A stretch of DNA of 64,000 bases from an uncultured Actinomycetota bacterium (GCA_963770565.1 CAVYQE010000007.1:32001-96000); one strand, 5' to 3'. Counted from the stretch's first letter, positions 19,630 to 31,395 are shown. Made by a program: numbers and translations. The notes: generated by a model from the sequence alone, not told the origin.

Positions 19630-21223
19630 CTGACGTCCGCGAGCATGTGCGGCGGCGCGTGCAGGTAGGTGATCGACGGGCTAGAACCGACCGCGCCACG
19701 GCACCATCTCGAGCGCGTCGGCCAGCGTCGTCGCGGCGCGAAACCCCATACGTTCCACGGCTTTTCGGTCGGCGCCGACCCAGACGACATTGCGCGATCC
19801 CGAGGTGGTCGAGCGCGTGCGCGCCCCAGTACCACATGTAGAAGGGGTGCACGCCGTGGTAGGCGTGCGAGGTCCGGTAGAGGTGGATGTACCAGGGGTC
19901 GGTCGCGTACTGCCTTCTCGAACTTCGCCTCGATGGTCGCCGGGTCGGTCGACTCCGACGAGCACCTCTTCGAAGAAGTCGACGTAGCTCGGGTGGTGCA
20001 GCTGGCTGAACTCGTACGGCACCGGGTGATGGAGGATCAGCGCGCCGCCCGGGCGCACCAGCGGCTTTCCCCGGTACATGTTGAAGAAGTAGCCGAGCCC
20101 CAGGCACATCGCGAGGATCGGGTTCATCACCGAGTTGACGTTGTAGGGGCCGACGATACGGCAGCCCCAGCACGAGCACGTCGGACTGGCCCGTTGACCT
20201 CGACCAGCTGCTGGCGATGCACCGACTCCAGGGTCTTCTTGTGGACCGGCCTCGACCTCGCCGGCCTGCACGCTGGTCAGCCCGTACGGCGCTTCCATCC
20301 GCTGGAACGAGCGTGCGCCGCAGCCGCGGCCGGCATCCGGTCGAGGCCGCGCATGGCGCCGAGGCCATCGCCTGGTCGCGCGCCGACCATTCCCACTCGC
20401 GCTTGGTCAGGAAGCCGTACTGCGATCGGGAAAGCGTGGTTGTTGAGCGTCGTCTCGATCTGGAAGATCTTCACGTGCTCGGCGAGCAGCCGGCCCATCC
20501 GCCAGGCCGAGGAGTGCAGCGCCGACTTCTCCGGGTCCATGAACGACCGCGAGTGGACCATCGTGTGGCTGTTGTGGTGGTGCCGCAGCGACTTGTACGA
20601 CGCCAGCCCGATCGGCACCGACTTGTGGCCGCCGTCCATCGCGACGAGGTTGACGTTGACGTAGACGAGCAGGTCGCTCTCGGCCGCCCGCTTGTTGATC
20701 TCGACGTCCTCGCCGCGCGTCGGTCAGGCCGAGGTGCAGCAGGTTGTCGGCGTCCTCGGCGTCGTGGTTGGTGAGCTGGTCCGGCCAGAACGAGCGGAAG
20801 ACCCGCTCGCCGACGATCGGCTGGATCTCGGCCGCGGTCATCCGGCGGTGCAGCGCGTTGGCGACGATCAGCTCGACGTCGTCGACGCCGGCCTCGGCGG
20901 CGCGCGTGAGGACGGCCTCGATGATCCGCTGGCGGATGTCGGGCAGGCGCATCGGCGGCAGCGGCAGGCTGATGTCGTCGAAGGCGATCGTCAGCTTCAT
21001 GCCGGCGCGCAGGAGGGCGCGGCAGCGGCGTCGAGTCGATCGGATGTCGAGCAGCGCCTCGATGGATCGCCTGGTCGACGTCGGGAGGCCGGGCAGGGAC
21101 TCGGGCGGGTAGATCACCCGGGTGCCGAGCGGGAACCGCTCGAGGCGGAAGGCTCTCGCCGGAGTGCACGAGCAGCGGCGGGGTGCGTTCGTCGACCTCG
21201 AGCACGAAGCCCGGGCGGGTCAC
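19626..21223 (-). pseudogene. Lactate racemase (LarA/DUF2088)-like protein, multiple frameshifts (possibly sequencing artefact)
   Basis: Fragments in different frames: [58 protein letters not shown]. Confidence 0.75.
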
Positions 21224-22432
21224 GTGCGTGTCACTTCCGGTGCTGGTGGGCAGGTCGAAGACGACGCGTTCGAGGTGCCCAGCCGGCCTGCGACGAGCGC
21301 GTGGTCGAGGGCCTCGCGCCAGCGGTCCAGCGGGTAGCGCACCGCCGACCAGCGCGTCGAGCGGTGCGCGTCGCGGCGAGCTCGGGTCGCGACCTCGAAG
21401 GCGTCGCCGGCGGCTGGCGTAGGCGCCGGCCAGCGACAGCTCGCGGAACCACGCGGGCGTGAGGTCGGATGCGGTCGCCGGGCACGCCGGAAAGGACGAC
21501 CCGGCCGCCGGCCCGGGTCGACGCGCAGCGCGGCGTCGACCGAGCCTCGCGATCCGACCGCGTCGAGGGTCACATCGACCCCGCCGAGCAGGTACGGCGG
21601 CCCGCGCTCGGGCTCGAGCCGGAGCGCGCGGGTGGCGCGGCGTACCCCGCTCGCGACCTCGGCCGGCGAGATGACGTCGCGTCGCTCCGAACCGCTGCGC
21701 CAGCTCGCGCTGCCGGCGGTGCTTCGCGACGACCGTGATCTCGCCCGGCCGGCGTGAGCTCGCGCAGCGCCAGCGCGGTGAGCAGGCCGACCGCGCCGGC
21801 GCCGACGATCAGTGCCGACCCGCCGTCCGGCTGAGGGCGGCGCGGCGGGCGACGTGCACCGCGCAGGCGAGCGGCTCGACCAGGACCGCGCGGTCGTCGG
21901 GCAGCTCGTCGGGCACGGCGTGCAGCTGGGACACGGTGCGCGACGAACTCGCCGCTCCAGCCGCCGCCGGTGTCGGCGCAGTAGCCGGTCTGCAGGCCGG
22001 GGGACAGGTGGCCGACGGTGATGCGGTCGCACCGGTTGGTCTGGCCGATCCGCGCAGGCCTCGCACGGATCGAGGCCCGGGCGTCACAGCCGAGCACCGG
22101 GTCGATCACCACCCGGGTGCCGGCCGGCATGCCCGGTCGCAGTCGTCGCGGGTCTCGCCGACCACCTCGTGTCCGGGCACGAACGGCATCGAGACCAGCG
22201 AGGCGAAGTAGAGCGAGGAGTGACCGGTCACCGTGGCGAGGTCGGAGCCGCAGATGCCGGAGAGCCGCGGGCGCACCCGGGCCCAGCCCTCACCCGGCGA
22301 TCGCGGACCGTCCCGATGGACCAGGCGAAGCGGCGCCAGCGGACCGGCGAGCAGACCGGGCAGGCGCGGGCCCACTGCCCGCGCCGCGACATAGCGCGGC
22401 AGCGAGCGGTAGACCTCGAGCGCGGAAATCAT
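21220..22432 (-). pseudogene. Zinc-binding alcohol dehydrogenase, multiple frameshifts (possibly sequencing artefact)
   Basis: SGICGSDL, VPGHEVVG, VLVEPLACAVH, IVGAGAVG, YPLDRWREALDHA spread over several frames. Confidence 0.75.
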
Positions 22433-24699
22433 CGGACCGCCGCCACGGTCGGCGCTCGTGTCTTGGTGCCGTGCCAGATCTCCATCGGCCAGCGCTCCTT
22501 GCGGGCCACCCGGAACAGCACGACGTCGGGGTCGACGACGACGGGTTGCCCGACCGTGCGCAACAACGGCAGGTCGCTCGCCGAGTCGGCGTAGGCGTAG
22601 CTGGCGGCCAGGTCCCAGCCGGCCTCCAGCGCCCGGTGCCGCAGCCAGGCGGCCCGGGACTCGCCGACCAGCGGCGGCCGGTCGAGGTGCCCGGTGCAGC
22701 GGCCGAACTCGTCGACCGACAGCTCCGCCGCCACGACCTCGTCGAACAGCGCCGCCACCGGTCGGGTCAGCGGGGTGACCGCGCCGGTGACCAGCACGAG
22801 GTGGTGGCCGGCGAGCCGGTGCTCGCGGATCGCTCGCACCGCGTGCGAGGACACCGGGTCAGCATCATCGGCGCGAGCTCGTCGTCGACGATCCGCTCCA
22901 GCTCGGCGATCGAGCGCCCTCGTAGCGCCGGTAGACCATCCGCAGGAACGCCGCTCGGTCCCGGCGTTGGGTGACCAGCCAGCGCGGTAGCGCCCGGGCG
23001 ACCTCGCCGACCTCACGCGCCTTGGCGGTCATCGCCAGCTCGGGGAGCCGCAGCCAGAGGTAGGACTCGACCACGTTGCTCGACAGCAGGGTGCCGTCCA
23101 TGTCGAAGACCGCGACCGTGTCACTGCCGTTCTCGGCCACCTGCCGGGTGGGTTCGGTCCGGGGTCCGCGAAGCGCGCTCAGCGCGGTCAGCGGCGCGAC
23201 GACGGCCGGGACGTGGACGTCGACGAGGTAGTAGCGCCAGTCGATCATCGTGGCGTCGAACCCGAACGGTTCGACGTCGTCGGGATGCAACGCCTCGTGC
23301 AGCGCGAGCGTCGACCGGTCGGAGAAGTGCAGCTCGGCATCGGCGTACGGGCGGTAGAGGTCGAAGTAGCGGCGGAGGAAGTCCAGCCGGCCGCGCTGCC
23401 GGTCGAGGCTGCGCGCCCAGTCGCGGGTCCGGGCCGACCGCGGAAGCGACGTGACGACCCGGTCGGCGGTGCGGTGCGCGCGGTCGCCGAGGCGGATCAG
23501 CTGATCCGACCCGCTCCGACCCCGGCCACTGCCAGCGCGGCACCCGGACCTCGCCGCGGTCGCGCTGCACCATCGGGTGCTCGACGAAGTAACCCGCACA
23601 CCAGGTCGTGCAGCAGCCGGAAGCTCAGCGGGTTTCGGGCGCCGGAGCAAATCGTGTAGTACGCCGGCGAGCCCGGCTCGGGCCGCGTGGCGGCCGCCGC
23701 GATGCATGGCGTTGACGACGAGGTCGACCGGGATGATGTCGATGACGCCGTCCGGGATGCCGGGGAAGTCGGGCAGGTCGCCGCGGCCGAATGCCAGGAT
23801 GATCGGCTCGGCCATCTTGAAGCCTTCGATCCACCCCGGGAACGGCTGGCGCAGCGCGCTTTCGATGATCGCTCGGGCGGAGCGACGGTGACCGGCGAGG
23901 TGCGCCGCGGTGCTCCTCGACCGCGCGCTCAGCCATCGCTTTGGTGAAGGTGTAGCAGTCGGTCCAGCCGAGGCTGCGGCCTCGCTCGCGGCCGGCGTCG
24001 ACCAGCTGTCTTGGTGACCCATTCGCGGCGACGTCGCTCGGCTTCCGCGGAGACCGACAGCGCGCCGAGCGTGCTGTGATCCGCCTCGGCCTCGGCGGTG
24101 AAGACGGCAAGCTGCTCGGCCGAACGGCTGTCGATCTCGGCCCGCTCGCGCAGCTGTGCCGCCATCGTGGCCTCGCTGCGCCAGTCGACGGTGTGGTCGA
24201 GCCGGCCCTCCCGGACGTGTCCTTGTTGGCGACCGGCGACGTACGCCGTGGAGACGTGGACGTAGTGCGGCCGGCTGCTGCTCGCCTCGATCGCGGCGAG
24301 CAGGTTCAGCGTGCCGTGCACGTTCGTGGCGAAGCCATCGTCGATCGCCGGATCGAACGACACCTCGCCCGCGCAATGGATCACGATGTCGAGGTCGCCG
24401 GGCAGGTCGGGCAGATTGTCGAGGTCACCCTCGAGGACGGTGATGTGTCCGCTGTCCAGCAGCGGCCCGAGATCGTCGCCGCGCCGCGTCCGCAGCCGCT
24501 CGAAGGCCGGCCCGGCCAGCACGTGCCGGACCCGGTCCTGGGCCGAGAGCATCCCCCGGGCGCGGACGACCAGGGTGACTGGTGTCTCCGGGAGGTCGTG
24601 CAGCAAGCGCTCGAGCAGCGCCTCGCCCACGAAACCAGTCGATCCCGTGACCAGGATTCGCTGGCCGGCGAGGGCCTCGGCGAGCGGCCGGGCGGTCAT
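22429..24699 (-). pseudogene. Fatty acyl-CoA reductase (SDR/male-sterility type) fused to HAD-IB phosphatase, frameshifted (possibly sequencing artefact)
   Basis: FAR motifs VTGSTGFVG, HVSTAYV, YTFTKAMAE, PFPGWIEG, IIPVDLVVNA; HAD motifs FDMDGTL, LVTG, YADSASDLPLL. Confidence 0.8.
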
Positions 24700-24760
24700 G
24701 GCATGGCAGTCAATCACGCCCAGCGACGCGTGATCAGGGGGGATCAAGCACAATGCGCAG

Positions 24761-25447
24761 ATGCGATGTTCGTACCGCGCTTCGGTCGCGGAGCCGGTCG
24801 AGGCGGTGTGGGCTGCGCTCTCGGACCTGGATCGGGTGCTTGCGGCGGCGCCGGGCGCCACCCTCACGCGGGACGGCGACGGCGTCGCGGGGTCGGTCAA
24901 GTGCCCGGTCGGTGCCGCACAGATCACCTACCGGATCACGGTGACGAGCGGTACGGCGGACGCCGGCCCGCGCGCTGCGGTCCTGTCGGTTAGCGGTCGT
25001 GAGGCCCGCGGCAGCGGCACCCTGCAGGCGACACTGACGATTGCGGTCGCTGCCGCCGATGCAAGCACGAGCGTCGAGGTCGATGGCGATATCGACGCGT
25101 CCGGCCGCGGCGCGAGCGCCGATGAGGCGGACTGGTCACGGGTGCTCGGCCGCCTGCTCGACGGCGTCCTCGCCGGCGTCGTGGGCGCTAAGGGGACAGG
25201 TGCTAAGGGGACAGGTACCAAGGAGTCAGGCGCCGAGCGGGCCAAACCGGCCGGAGCGGAGACCGCCGCAACGCCGCCGCGACCCGCGCTGTCGATCGCG
25301 CCCGATGGTCGCGACTACGCTCCCGACGACCTCGGCTGGGCCGACCGGCTCCCGAGCGCACGAGTGGTGGGCACGATCGTGTTCGGCCTCGTCGTCGTCG
25401 TCCGCCGCCGACGGCGGCGGCACCGATCCGAAGGAGCTGACGAATGA
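24761..25447 (+). CDS. CoxG-like SRPBCC domain protein with C-terminal membrane anchor
   Basis: [10 protein letters not shown]...[11 protein letters not shown]; C-terminal hydrophobic stretch followed by poly-Arg. Confidence 0.7.
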   Translation: MRCSYRASVAEPVEAVWAALSDLDRVLAAAPGATLTRDGDGVAGSVKCPVGAAQITYRITVTSGTADAGPRAAVLSVSGREARGSGTLQATLTIAVAAADASTSVEVDGDIDASGRGASADEADWSRVLGRLLDGVLAGVVGAKGTGAKGTGTKESGAERAKPAGAETAATPPRPALSIAPDGRDYAPDDLGWADRLPSARVVGTIVFGLVVVVRRRRRRHRSEGADE

Positions 25448-27042
25448 CCAGCAGTGACCCGGCGCAGGTCATCGGCCCGGTTGAAGACCGGTTCGATGAG
25501 ATCCTCACGCCCGAGGCACTCGCATTCGTGGCCGACCTTCAGCGCACCTTCGGTGCCCGTCGTACCGAGCTTCTCGCCCGCCGCCGCGACCGGCGGGCTC
25601 AGGCCGCCGAAACCGGCCGGCTGGACTTCCTCGACGAGACCCGCGAGATCCGGGCGGACACCAGCTGGCGGGTCGCGCCGCCGGCTGACCTGGTCGATCG
25701 GCGGGTCGAGATCACCGGCCCGACCGAGAAGAAGATGCTCGTCAACGCACTGAACTCCGGCGCCAAGGTGTTCATGGCCGACTTCGAGGACGCGAGCACC
25801 CCGACCTGGCACAACAAGGTGCAGGGCCAGGTCAACCTGATCGACGCGATCGAACGGCGGATCGACTTCGTGTCGCCGGAGGGCAAGAGCTATGCGCTCA
25901 ATCCGACCGTAGCCGCGCTGATGCCGCGGCCACGCGGCTGGCACCTGCCCGAGAAGCATGTGCTGGTCGACGGCGAGCCGATCAGCGGTGGCTTGTTCGA
26001 CTTCGGGCTGTTCTTCTTCCACAACGTGGCCCGGCTGACCGCGAAGGGCACCCGGCCGTATTTCTACCTGCCCAAGCTGGAGTCGCATCTGGAGGCCCGG
26101 CTCTGGAACGACGTGTTCAACCACGCGCAGGATGGGTTGGGGGTCGCGCGCGGCACGATCCGCGCGACCGTCCTGATCGAGACCATCCCGGCCGCGTTCG
26201 AGATGGACGAGATCCTGTACGAGCTGCGCGAGCACTCCTACGGGCTGAACGCGGGCCGCTGGGACTACATGTTCTCGATGATCAAGATGTTCCGCGATCG
26301 CGGCGAAGAATTCCTGCTTCCCGACCGCAACAGCGTCACGATGACCGTGCCGTTCATGCGGGCCTACAGCGAGCTGCTCGTGCAGACCTGCCACAAGCGC
26401 GGCGCATTCGCGATGGGCGGCATGGCCGCGTTCATCCCCAGCCGCAAGGATCCCGAGATCAACCGGGTCGCGCTCGAGCGGGTGAAGGCGGACAAAGAGC
26501 GCGAGGCGCGGGCCGGCTTCGACGGCACCTGGGTGGCCCACCCCGACCTGGTGCCGACCGCGCTGGCCGAGTTCGACGCGGTCCTCGGCGATCGCCCGAA
26601 CCAGATCGACAAGCTGCGGCCGGACGTCGATGTCAGCGCCGACGACCTGCTCGCGGTCGCCCTCACGCCGGGGGAGAAGACCGCGGTCGGGCTGCGAACC
26701 AATGTCGACGTCGGGATCCGCTACATCGAGTCGTGGCTGCGGGGCAACGGCGCAGCTGCGATCCACAACCTGATGGAGGACGCGGCGACCGCGGAGATCT
26801 CGCGCTCGCAGGTCTGGCAATGGGTGCACAACGACGTGACCCTCGCCGACACCGGCGAGCAGGTCACTGCCGAGCTGGTCCGCAAGGTGGCCGACGAGGT
26901 GACCGCCGAGGTGAGGACCGAGATCGGCGACGACGTCTACGAGTCCGGCCGGTGGGTCGAGGCCCGCGAGATCTTCGAGGAGGTCGCGCTCTCCGACGAC
27001 TTCATCGAGTTCCTGACCCTTCCGGCGTACGACCGGTTGTAG
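25444..27042 (+). CDS. aceB: Malate synthase A
   Basis: [36 protein letters not shown]; 532 aa. Confidence 0.95.
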   Translation: MTSSDPAQVIGPVEDRFDEILTPEALAFVADLQRTFGARRTELLARRRDRRAQAAETGRLDFLDETREIRADTSWRVAPPADLVDRRVEITGPTEKKMLVNALNSGAKVFMADFEDASTPTWHNKVQGQVNLIDAIERRIDFVSPEGKSYALNPTVAALMPRPRGWHLPEKHVLVDGEPISGGLFDFGLFFFHNVARLTAKGTRPYFYLPKLESHLEARLWNDVFNHAQDGLGVARGTIRATVLIETIPAAFEMDEILYELREHSYGLNAGRWDYMFSMIKMFRDRGEEFLLPDRNSVTMTVPFMRAYSELLVQTCHKRGAFAMGGMAAFIPSRKDPEINRVALERVKADKEREARAGFDGTWVAHPDLVPTALAEFDAVLGDRPNQIDKLRPDVDVSADDLLAVALTPGEKTAVGLRTNVDVGIRYIESWLRGNGAAAIHNLMEDAATAEISRSQVWQWVHNDVTLADTGEQVTAELVRKVADEVTAEVRTEIGDDVYESGRWVEAREIFEEVALSDDFIEFLTLPAYDRL

Positions 27043-27048
27043 CCCGGA

Positions 27049-28506
27049 TTGGCCGCGCTCGAGACCCTCATCGCGGACTGCCGCCGCGAGCTCGCACCGG
27101 TGAAGGTGATCACCGAGCCGGTCCAGCTCCGGACCTACGAGTGCGACGGCCTGGCGGCCTATCGATGTACGCCGGGCCTGGTGGTGCTGGCCGAATCCCG
27201 GGCGGATGTCGAGTTCGTCGTCGGCCGGTGCGCCGCGCTCGGCGTGCCGTTCATCGCGCGCGGGTCGGGGACCGGTCTCTCAGGGGGCGCGCTGCCGCGC
27301 GGTGACGGCGTACTCATCGTGTTGTCGCGGATGAACACCATCGTCGACGTCGACCTCGGCGACGAGCGGGCGGTCGTGCAGCCCGGCGTCATCAACGCCG
27401 ACCTGACCAAGTCGGTGGCCTCGGCGGGCTACTACTACGCGCCGGACCCGTCCAGCCAGCAGGTGTGTTCCCTCGGCGGCAACGTCGCGGAGAACTCCGG
27501 CGGCGCGCACTGCCTGAAGTACGGCTTCACCGCGCACCACGTCACCGGGCTCGAGGTGGTCCTGCCGGACGGCAGCACCGAACGGTTCGGTGGCAGCGCG
27601 CCGGACCCGGTCGGCTACGACCTGGTCGGCGCGATCGTAGGCAGTGAGGGAACGCTGGGCGTGGTGACCGAGGCGACCGTCCGGCTGCTCCGCCGGCCGC
27701 AGGCCGTACAGACCGTCCTGGCCGGCTTCCACACGATCGATGACGCGGGGAACGCGGTGAGCGCGATCATCGCCGCCGGAGTCCTGCCCGCGGCGATCGA
27801 GCTGATGGATGCGCTCGCGATCGAGGCCGCCGAGGCCGCCGTACATCCGGGTTATCCGGCCGGCGCCGGTGCGGTGATGGTCGGCGAGCTCGACGGGCCG
27901 GTTTGCGAGGTCGACGCACAGCTCGCCGAGGTCGAGCGGTTGTGTGCCGAGGCCGGGGCGTTCGAGATCCGAGTGGCGGCCGACGAGGCCGAGCGCGCCT
28001 TGATCTGGAAGGGACGGAAGTCCGCGTTCGCGGCGGTCGGCCGGATCAGCCCGGACTACATCGTCCAGGACGGCGTGATCCCGCGCACGGCACTCTCCGA
28101 GGTGCTGCTGGCGATTGAGGCGGTCGGTGCCGAGGCCGGGATCCGGGTCGCCAACGTCTTCCATGCCGGTGACGGCAATTTGCACCCGCTGGTGCTCTTC
28201 GACGAGAGCCGCGGTGAGACCGAGCGCGCCGAGGAGGTGTCCAACCGGATCATCGAGCTCTGCCTCGAGCACGGCGGCTCGATCACCGGCGAGCACGGCG
28301 TCGGTCACGACAAGAAAGTGCACATGGGAAAGATGTTCAACGAGATCGACCTCGACGTGATGCAGCTGGTGCGGTGCGCGTTCGACCCGGACAACATCTG
28401 TAACCCGGGCAAGATCTTCCCGACGCCGCGGTTGTGCGGCGAACGGCCCGGCCGGGCCCGCGGGGTGCACCCGTTGCAGGAAGCCGGCATCGCGGATGTC
28501 TTCTGA
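27049..28506 (+). CDS. glcD: Glycolate oxidase FAD subunit GlcD
   Basis: RGSGTGLSGG, PDPSSQ, HCLKYG, FHAGDGNLHP, GEHGVG. Confidence 0.9.
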   Translation: MAALETLIADCRRELAPVKVITEPVQLRTYECDGLAAYRCTPGLVVLAESRADVEFVVGRCAALGVPFIARGSGTGLSGGALPRGDGVLIVLSRMNTIVDVDLGDERAVVQPGVINADLTKSVASAGYYYAPDPSSQQVCSLGGNVAENSGGAHCLKYGFTAHHVTGLEVVLPDGSTERFGGSAPDPVGYDLVGAIVGSEGTLGVVTEATVRLLRRPQAVQTVLAGFHTIDDAGNAVSAIIAAGVLPAAIELMDALAIEAAEAAVHPGYPAGAGAVMVGELDGPVCEVDAQLAEVERLCAEAGAFEIRVAADEAERALIWKGRKSAFAAVGRISPDYIVQDGVIPRTALSEVLLAIEAVGAEAGIRVANVFHAGDGNLHPLVLFDESRGETERAEEVSNRIIELCLEHGGSITGEHGVGHDKKVHMGKMFNEIDLDVMQLVRCAFDPDNICNPGKIFPTPRLCGERPGRARGVHPLQEAGIADVF

Positions 28507-29647
28507 GTCGTCGACGTCGACAGTCGGCGGCGTCGTGGCGGGGTCGGTCGCCCAGCCGATGAACACCGCCGACCTCGCGACCGCCCTGCGGCATGCGACC
28601 GACGAGGGCAAGACCGTGCTGGCGTGCGGCGGGCGGAGCAAGATCGAGTGGGGGACGCCGCCGTCGTCCCTGGACCTCCTGGTCAGTACGACGTCGATGG
28701 ACCGGATCCTGGAGCACGCGGCCGGCGACCTGGTCGTGACCACCCAGGCCGGGGCGCCGTTGGCGGCCGTGCAGGAGCAGGTGGCCGGCGCGGGGCAGTG
28801 GCTCGCGCTGGATCCGCCCGAGCCGGGCGCGACCGTCGGCGGAGTCGTTGCTGCCGCGGCCAGCGGGCCGCGCCGGTTGCGGTACGGCACACCGCGCGAC
28901 CTCCTGATCGGGATCACGATCGTCTTGGCCGACGGCACGGTCGCAAAGTCAGGCGGCAAGGTGGTCAAGAACGTCGCCGGTTACGACCTTGGCAAGCTGT
29001 TCACCGGGTCGTTCGGGACGCTCGGGGTGATCGCCGAGTGCACGTTCCGCTTGCACCCGCGTCCCCCGGTACGCCGGGTGGTGACCGCGCTTGCCGACGA
29101 TCCCGCGGCAGCGGCGGCGCGCTGCTTCGACACCGGTGCGACCCCGACCGCGCTCGAGTGGGACGGTGCCACGGTGATCGCGGTGGTCGAGTCGATCGAG
29201 TCGGCGGCGGACATCCAGGCCGCCGACATCGCAGCCGCGATCGCCGGCGAGGTCACGGACGCCCTCCCGGACTCCTTCGGCGAGCGGCCGTGGCGGCGCG
29301 GCGATCCCGGACAGGTCGGCGTCAAGATCACCCATCGCCTCGGCGCGGTGAACGAGGCGGTCAGGGCCGTGCGCGACCTCATCCCTGAGGCGCGGCTTCG
29401 CGCCCATCTGGGCAGCGGGGTCCTGTGGGCCGGCACCGCCAGCGAGGACCTGTCGTGGTTGGAGCCGCTGCGCCGCCGCGCGGCCGGTTGGGACGGCCAG
29501 GTCGTCCTGGTTGAGGCGCCGACCGAGGCGAAGCACGGGATCGATGTCTGGGGGCCGGCGCGCGGGCTGGAAGTGATGCGACGGATCAAGGAGCAGTTCG
29601 ACCCGGACGGCCGGATGTCGCCCGGCCGGTACGTGGGCGGGATCTGA
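28496..29647 (+). CDS. glcE: Glycolate oxidase FAD-binding subunit GlcE
   Basis: GPRRLRYG, GGKVVKNVAGYDLGKL, KEQFDP; position between glcD and glcF. Confidence 0.85.
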   Translation: MSSESSTSTVGGVVAGSVAQPMNTADLATALRHATDEGKTVLACGGRSKIEWGTPPSSLDLLVSTTSMDRILEHAAGDLVVTTQAGAPLAAVQEQVAGAGQWLALDPPEPGATVGGVVAAAASGPRRLRYGTPRDLLIGITIVLADGTVAKSGGKVVKNVAGYDLGKLFTGSFGTLGVIAECTFRLHPRPPVRRVVTALADDPAAAAARCFDTGATPTALEWDGATVIAVVESIESAADIQAADIAAAIAGEVTDALPDSFGERPWRRGDPGQVGVKITHRLGAVNEAVRAVRDLIPEARLRAHLGSGVLWAGTASEDLSWLEPLRRRAAGWDGQVVLVEAPTEAKHGIDVWGPARGLEVMRRIKEQFDPDGRMSPGRYVGGI

Positions 29648-29648
29648 C

Positions 29649-30929
29649 GTGGCCGAGATCTCGCCCGAGCTGGTCTCGGAGTGCGTGCACTGCGGCTTCT
29701 GCCTGCCGACCTGTCCGACGTACGTGCTGTGGGGCGAGGAGATGGACTCCCCGCGCGGACGGATCTATCTGATGAAGCAGCTGCTCGAGGGCACGCCGCT
29801 CGACGCGACGATGACCGGGCACTTCGACAACTGCCTCGGCTGCATGTCGTGTCTGACCGCATGCCCGTCAGGGGTTCAGTACGACGCGTTGATCGAGGCG
29901 ACCCGCGCCGAGATCGAGCCGGCCGCCGAACGGCGGCGATCGGACCGGGCGGTCCGCGGGATGGTGTTCGCGCTGTTTCCCTACCCGCGCCGGCTGGGGC
30001 TGCTGCGCGGGCCGCTGCGGGTCTACCAGCGAACCGGCCTTCGCCGGCTGATCCGCCGCAGCTCCGTGCTCGACCGCCTGCCCGCCGCGGTCGGGGTCAT
30101 GGACGACTTGCTGCCACCGCTCGCGGCGATGCCGGCCGTGCCTGCGCTGACGCCTGCGGTCGGCGCGAAGCGAGCCCGGGTCGGGCTGCTGCTCGGCTGC
30201 GTACAGCGCCAGTTCTTCCCGGGCGTGAACGCCGCGACCGCTCGAGTCCTGGCCGCCGAGGGTTGCGAGGTCGTCGCGCCGCGCAGCCAGGCGTGCTGCG
30301 GCGCGTTGTCGCTGCATGTCGGCCGCGAGGCCGAGGCGCTGGACCGGGCGAAGCGGCTGATCGCGGCTTTTGAGTCACAAGCGGTCGACGCGATCGTCGT
30401 CAACGTCGCCGGCTGCGGATCGTCAGTGAAGGATTACGGGCGACTGCTCGCCGGCGACCCGCACTGGGCGCCCCGGGCCGAGGCGTTCTCCGCCAAGTGC
30501 CGCGACGTCAGCGAGTTCCTTGCCGAGCTCGGGCCGGTCGCCATCCGCCACCCGCTGCCGATGGTGGCGGCGTACCACGACGCGTGTCATCTGAGCCACG
30601 CGCAGGGGATCCGGGCGCAACCCCGGTCGCTGCTCGCCGGCATCCCGGGGCTCGAGGTCCGAGAGATCGCCGAGTCGGAGATCTGCTGCGGCTCGGCCGG
30701 CGTCTACAACCTGCTCAGGCCGCAGCCGGCCCGCGAGCTCGGCGACCGCAAGGCCGCCAACGTGGCCGCGACCGGGGCCGAGGTGTTGATCACCGCCAAT
30801 CCTGGCTGCCTGATGCAGGTCAGCGCCGCGATGCAGCGGGCAGGTCACTCGATCGCGCTCGCGCACACGATCGAGGTGCTCGACGCGGCGATCCGCGGAC
30901 TCCCGGTCAGTGCCCTCGGCGTGCGGTGA
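29649..30929 (+). CDS. glcF: Glycolate oxidase Fe-S subunit GlcF
   Basis: CVHCGFCLPTCP, CLGCMSCLTACP, two CCG domains. Confidence 0.9.
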   Translation: MAEISPELVSECVHCGFCLPTCPTYVLWGEEMDSPRGRIYLMKQLLEGTPLDATMTGHFDNCLGCMSCLTACPSGVQYDALIEATRAEIEPAAERRRSDRAVRGMVFALFPYPRRLGLLRGPLRVYQRTGLRRLIRRSSVLDRLPAAVGVMDDLLPPLAAMPAVPALTPAVGAKRARVGLLLGCVQRQFFPGVNAATARVLAAEGCEVVAPRSQACCGALSLHVGREAEALDRAKRLIAAFESQAVDAIVVNVAGCGSSVKDYGRLLAGDPHWAPRAEAFSAKCRDVSEFLAELGPVAIRHPLPMVAAYHDACHLSHAQGIRAQPRSLLAGIPGLEVREIAESEICCGSAGVYNLLRPQPARELGDRKAANVAATGAEVLITANPGCLMQVSAAMQRAGHSIALAHTIEVLDAAIRGLPVSALGVR

Positions 30930-31395
30930 TGAGGTCGGCGACGCCGGTGACCACCAGCAGGATGCCGGCGACGAGCGACAACCAGAGCCCAGGGCCGGCT
31001 CGATCGGAGAAGTTGGCGACGTCGCTGCCGCGAATGATCGTCGTCGACTCGTAAGCCGTCACCGCGACCACGATCACGGCGCAGATGGTCACCGCGGCCA
31101 CCAGCAGCCGCTGGCCGCCCCGGAACAGGACCACCCCGCCGACCAGGATCGCCACGACGCCGAGGATCAAGCAGAGGTCGCCGACCCCGACATTCGCGCT
31201 GCCGAGCCGGGAGAAGTGCAGTCCGCGGACCCGCTGCAGGACCACGGCAGCGCCGCCGGACGGCGCGGTCGTGACGGTCCGCCAGGTCAGGCAGGAGCCG
31301 ACGACGGCAAGAACTCCGGCCGCGATCAGCGCGATCCCCGATCGCGCGATTCCACGGCCGGCGGGGTCCGCCTCGAGCGGACTGCGGTGGGCCAC
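30907..31395 (-). CDS. Hypothetical membrane protein (4 TM)
   Basis: Four hydrophobic segments; GPGLWL motif. Confidence 0.6.
   Translation of the reverse strand: MAHRSPLEADPAGRGIARSGIALIAAGVLAVVGSCLTWRTVTTAPSGGAAVVLQRVRGLHFSRLGSANVGVGDLCLILGVVAILVGGVVLFRGGQRLLVAAVTICAVIVVAVTAYESTTIIRGSDVANFSDRAGPGLWLSLVAGILLVVTGVADLITARRGH

Noticed and set aside
18239-20368. 709-aa ORF as a single fusion protein
   Set aside because: Only the last about 154 codons and a short LarA-like fragment look coding; the rest is an off-frame read of plsC and the frameshifted gene
19626-24010. Programmed frameshifting or phase variation as cause of the broken frames
   Set aside because: Too many shifts at irregular sites, with no consistent slippery sequence or repeat tract
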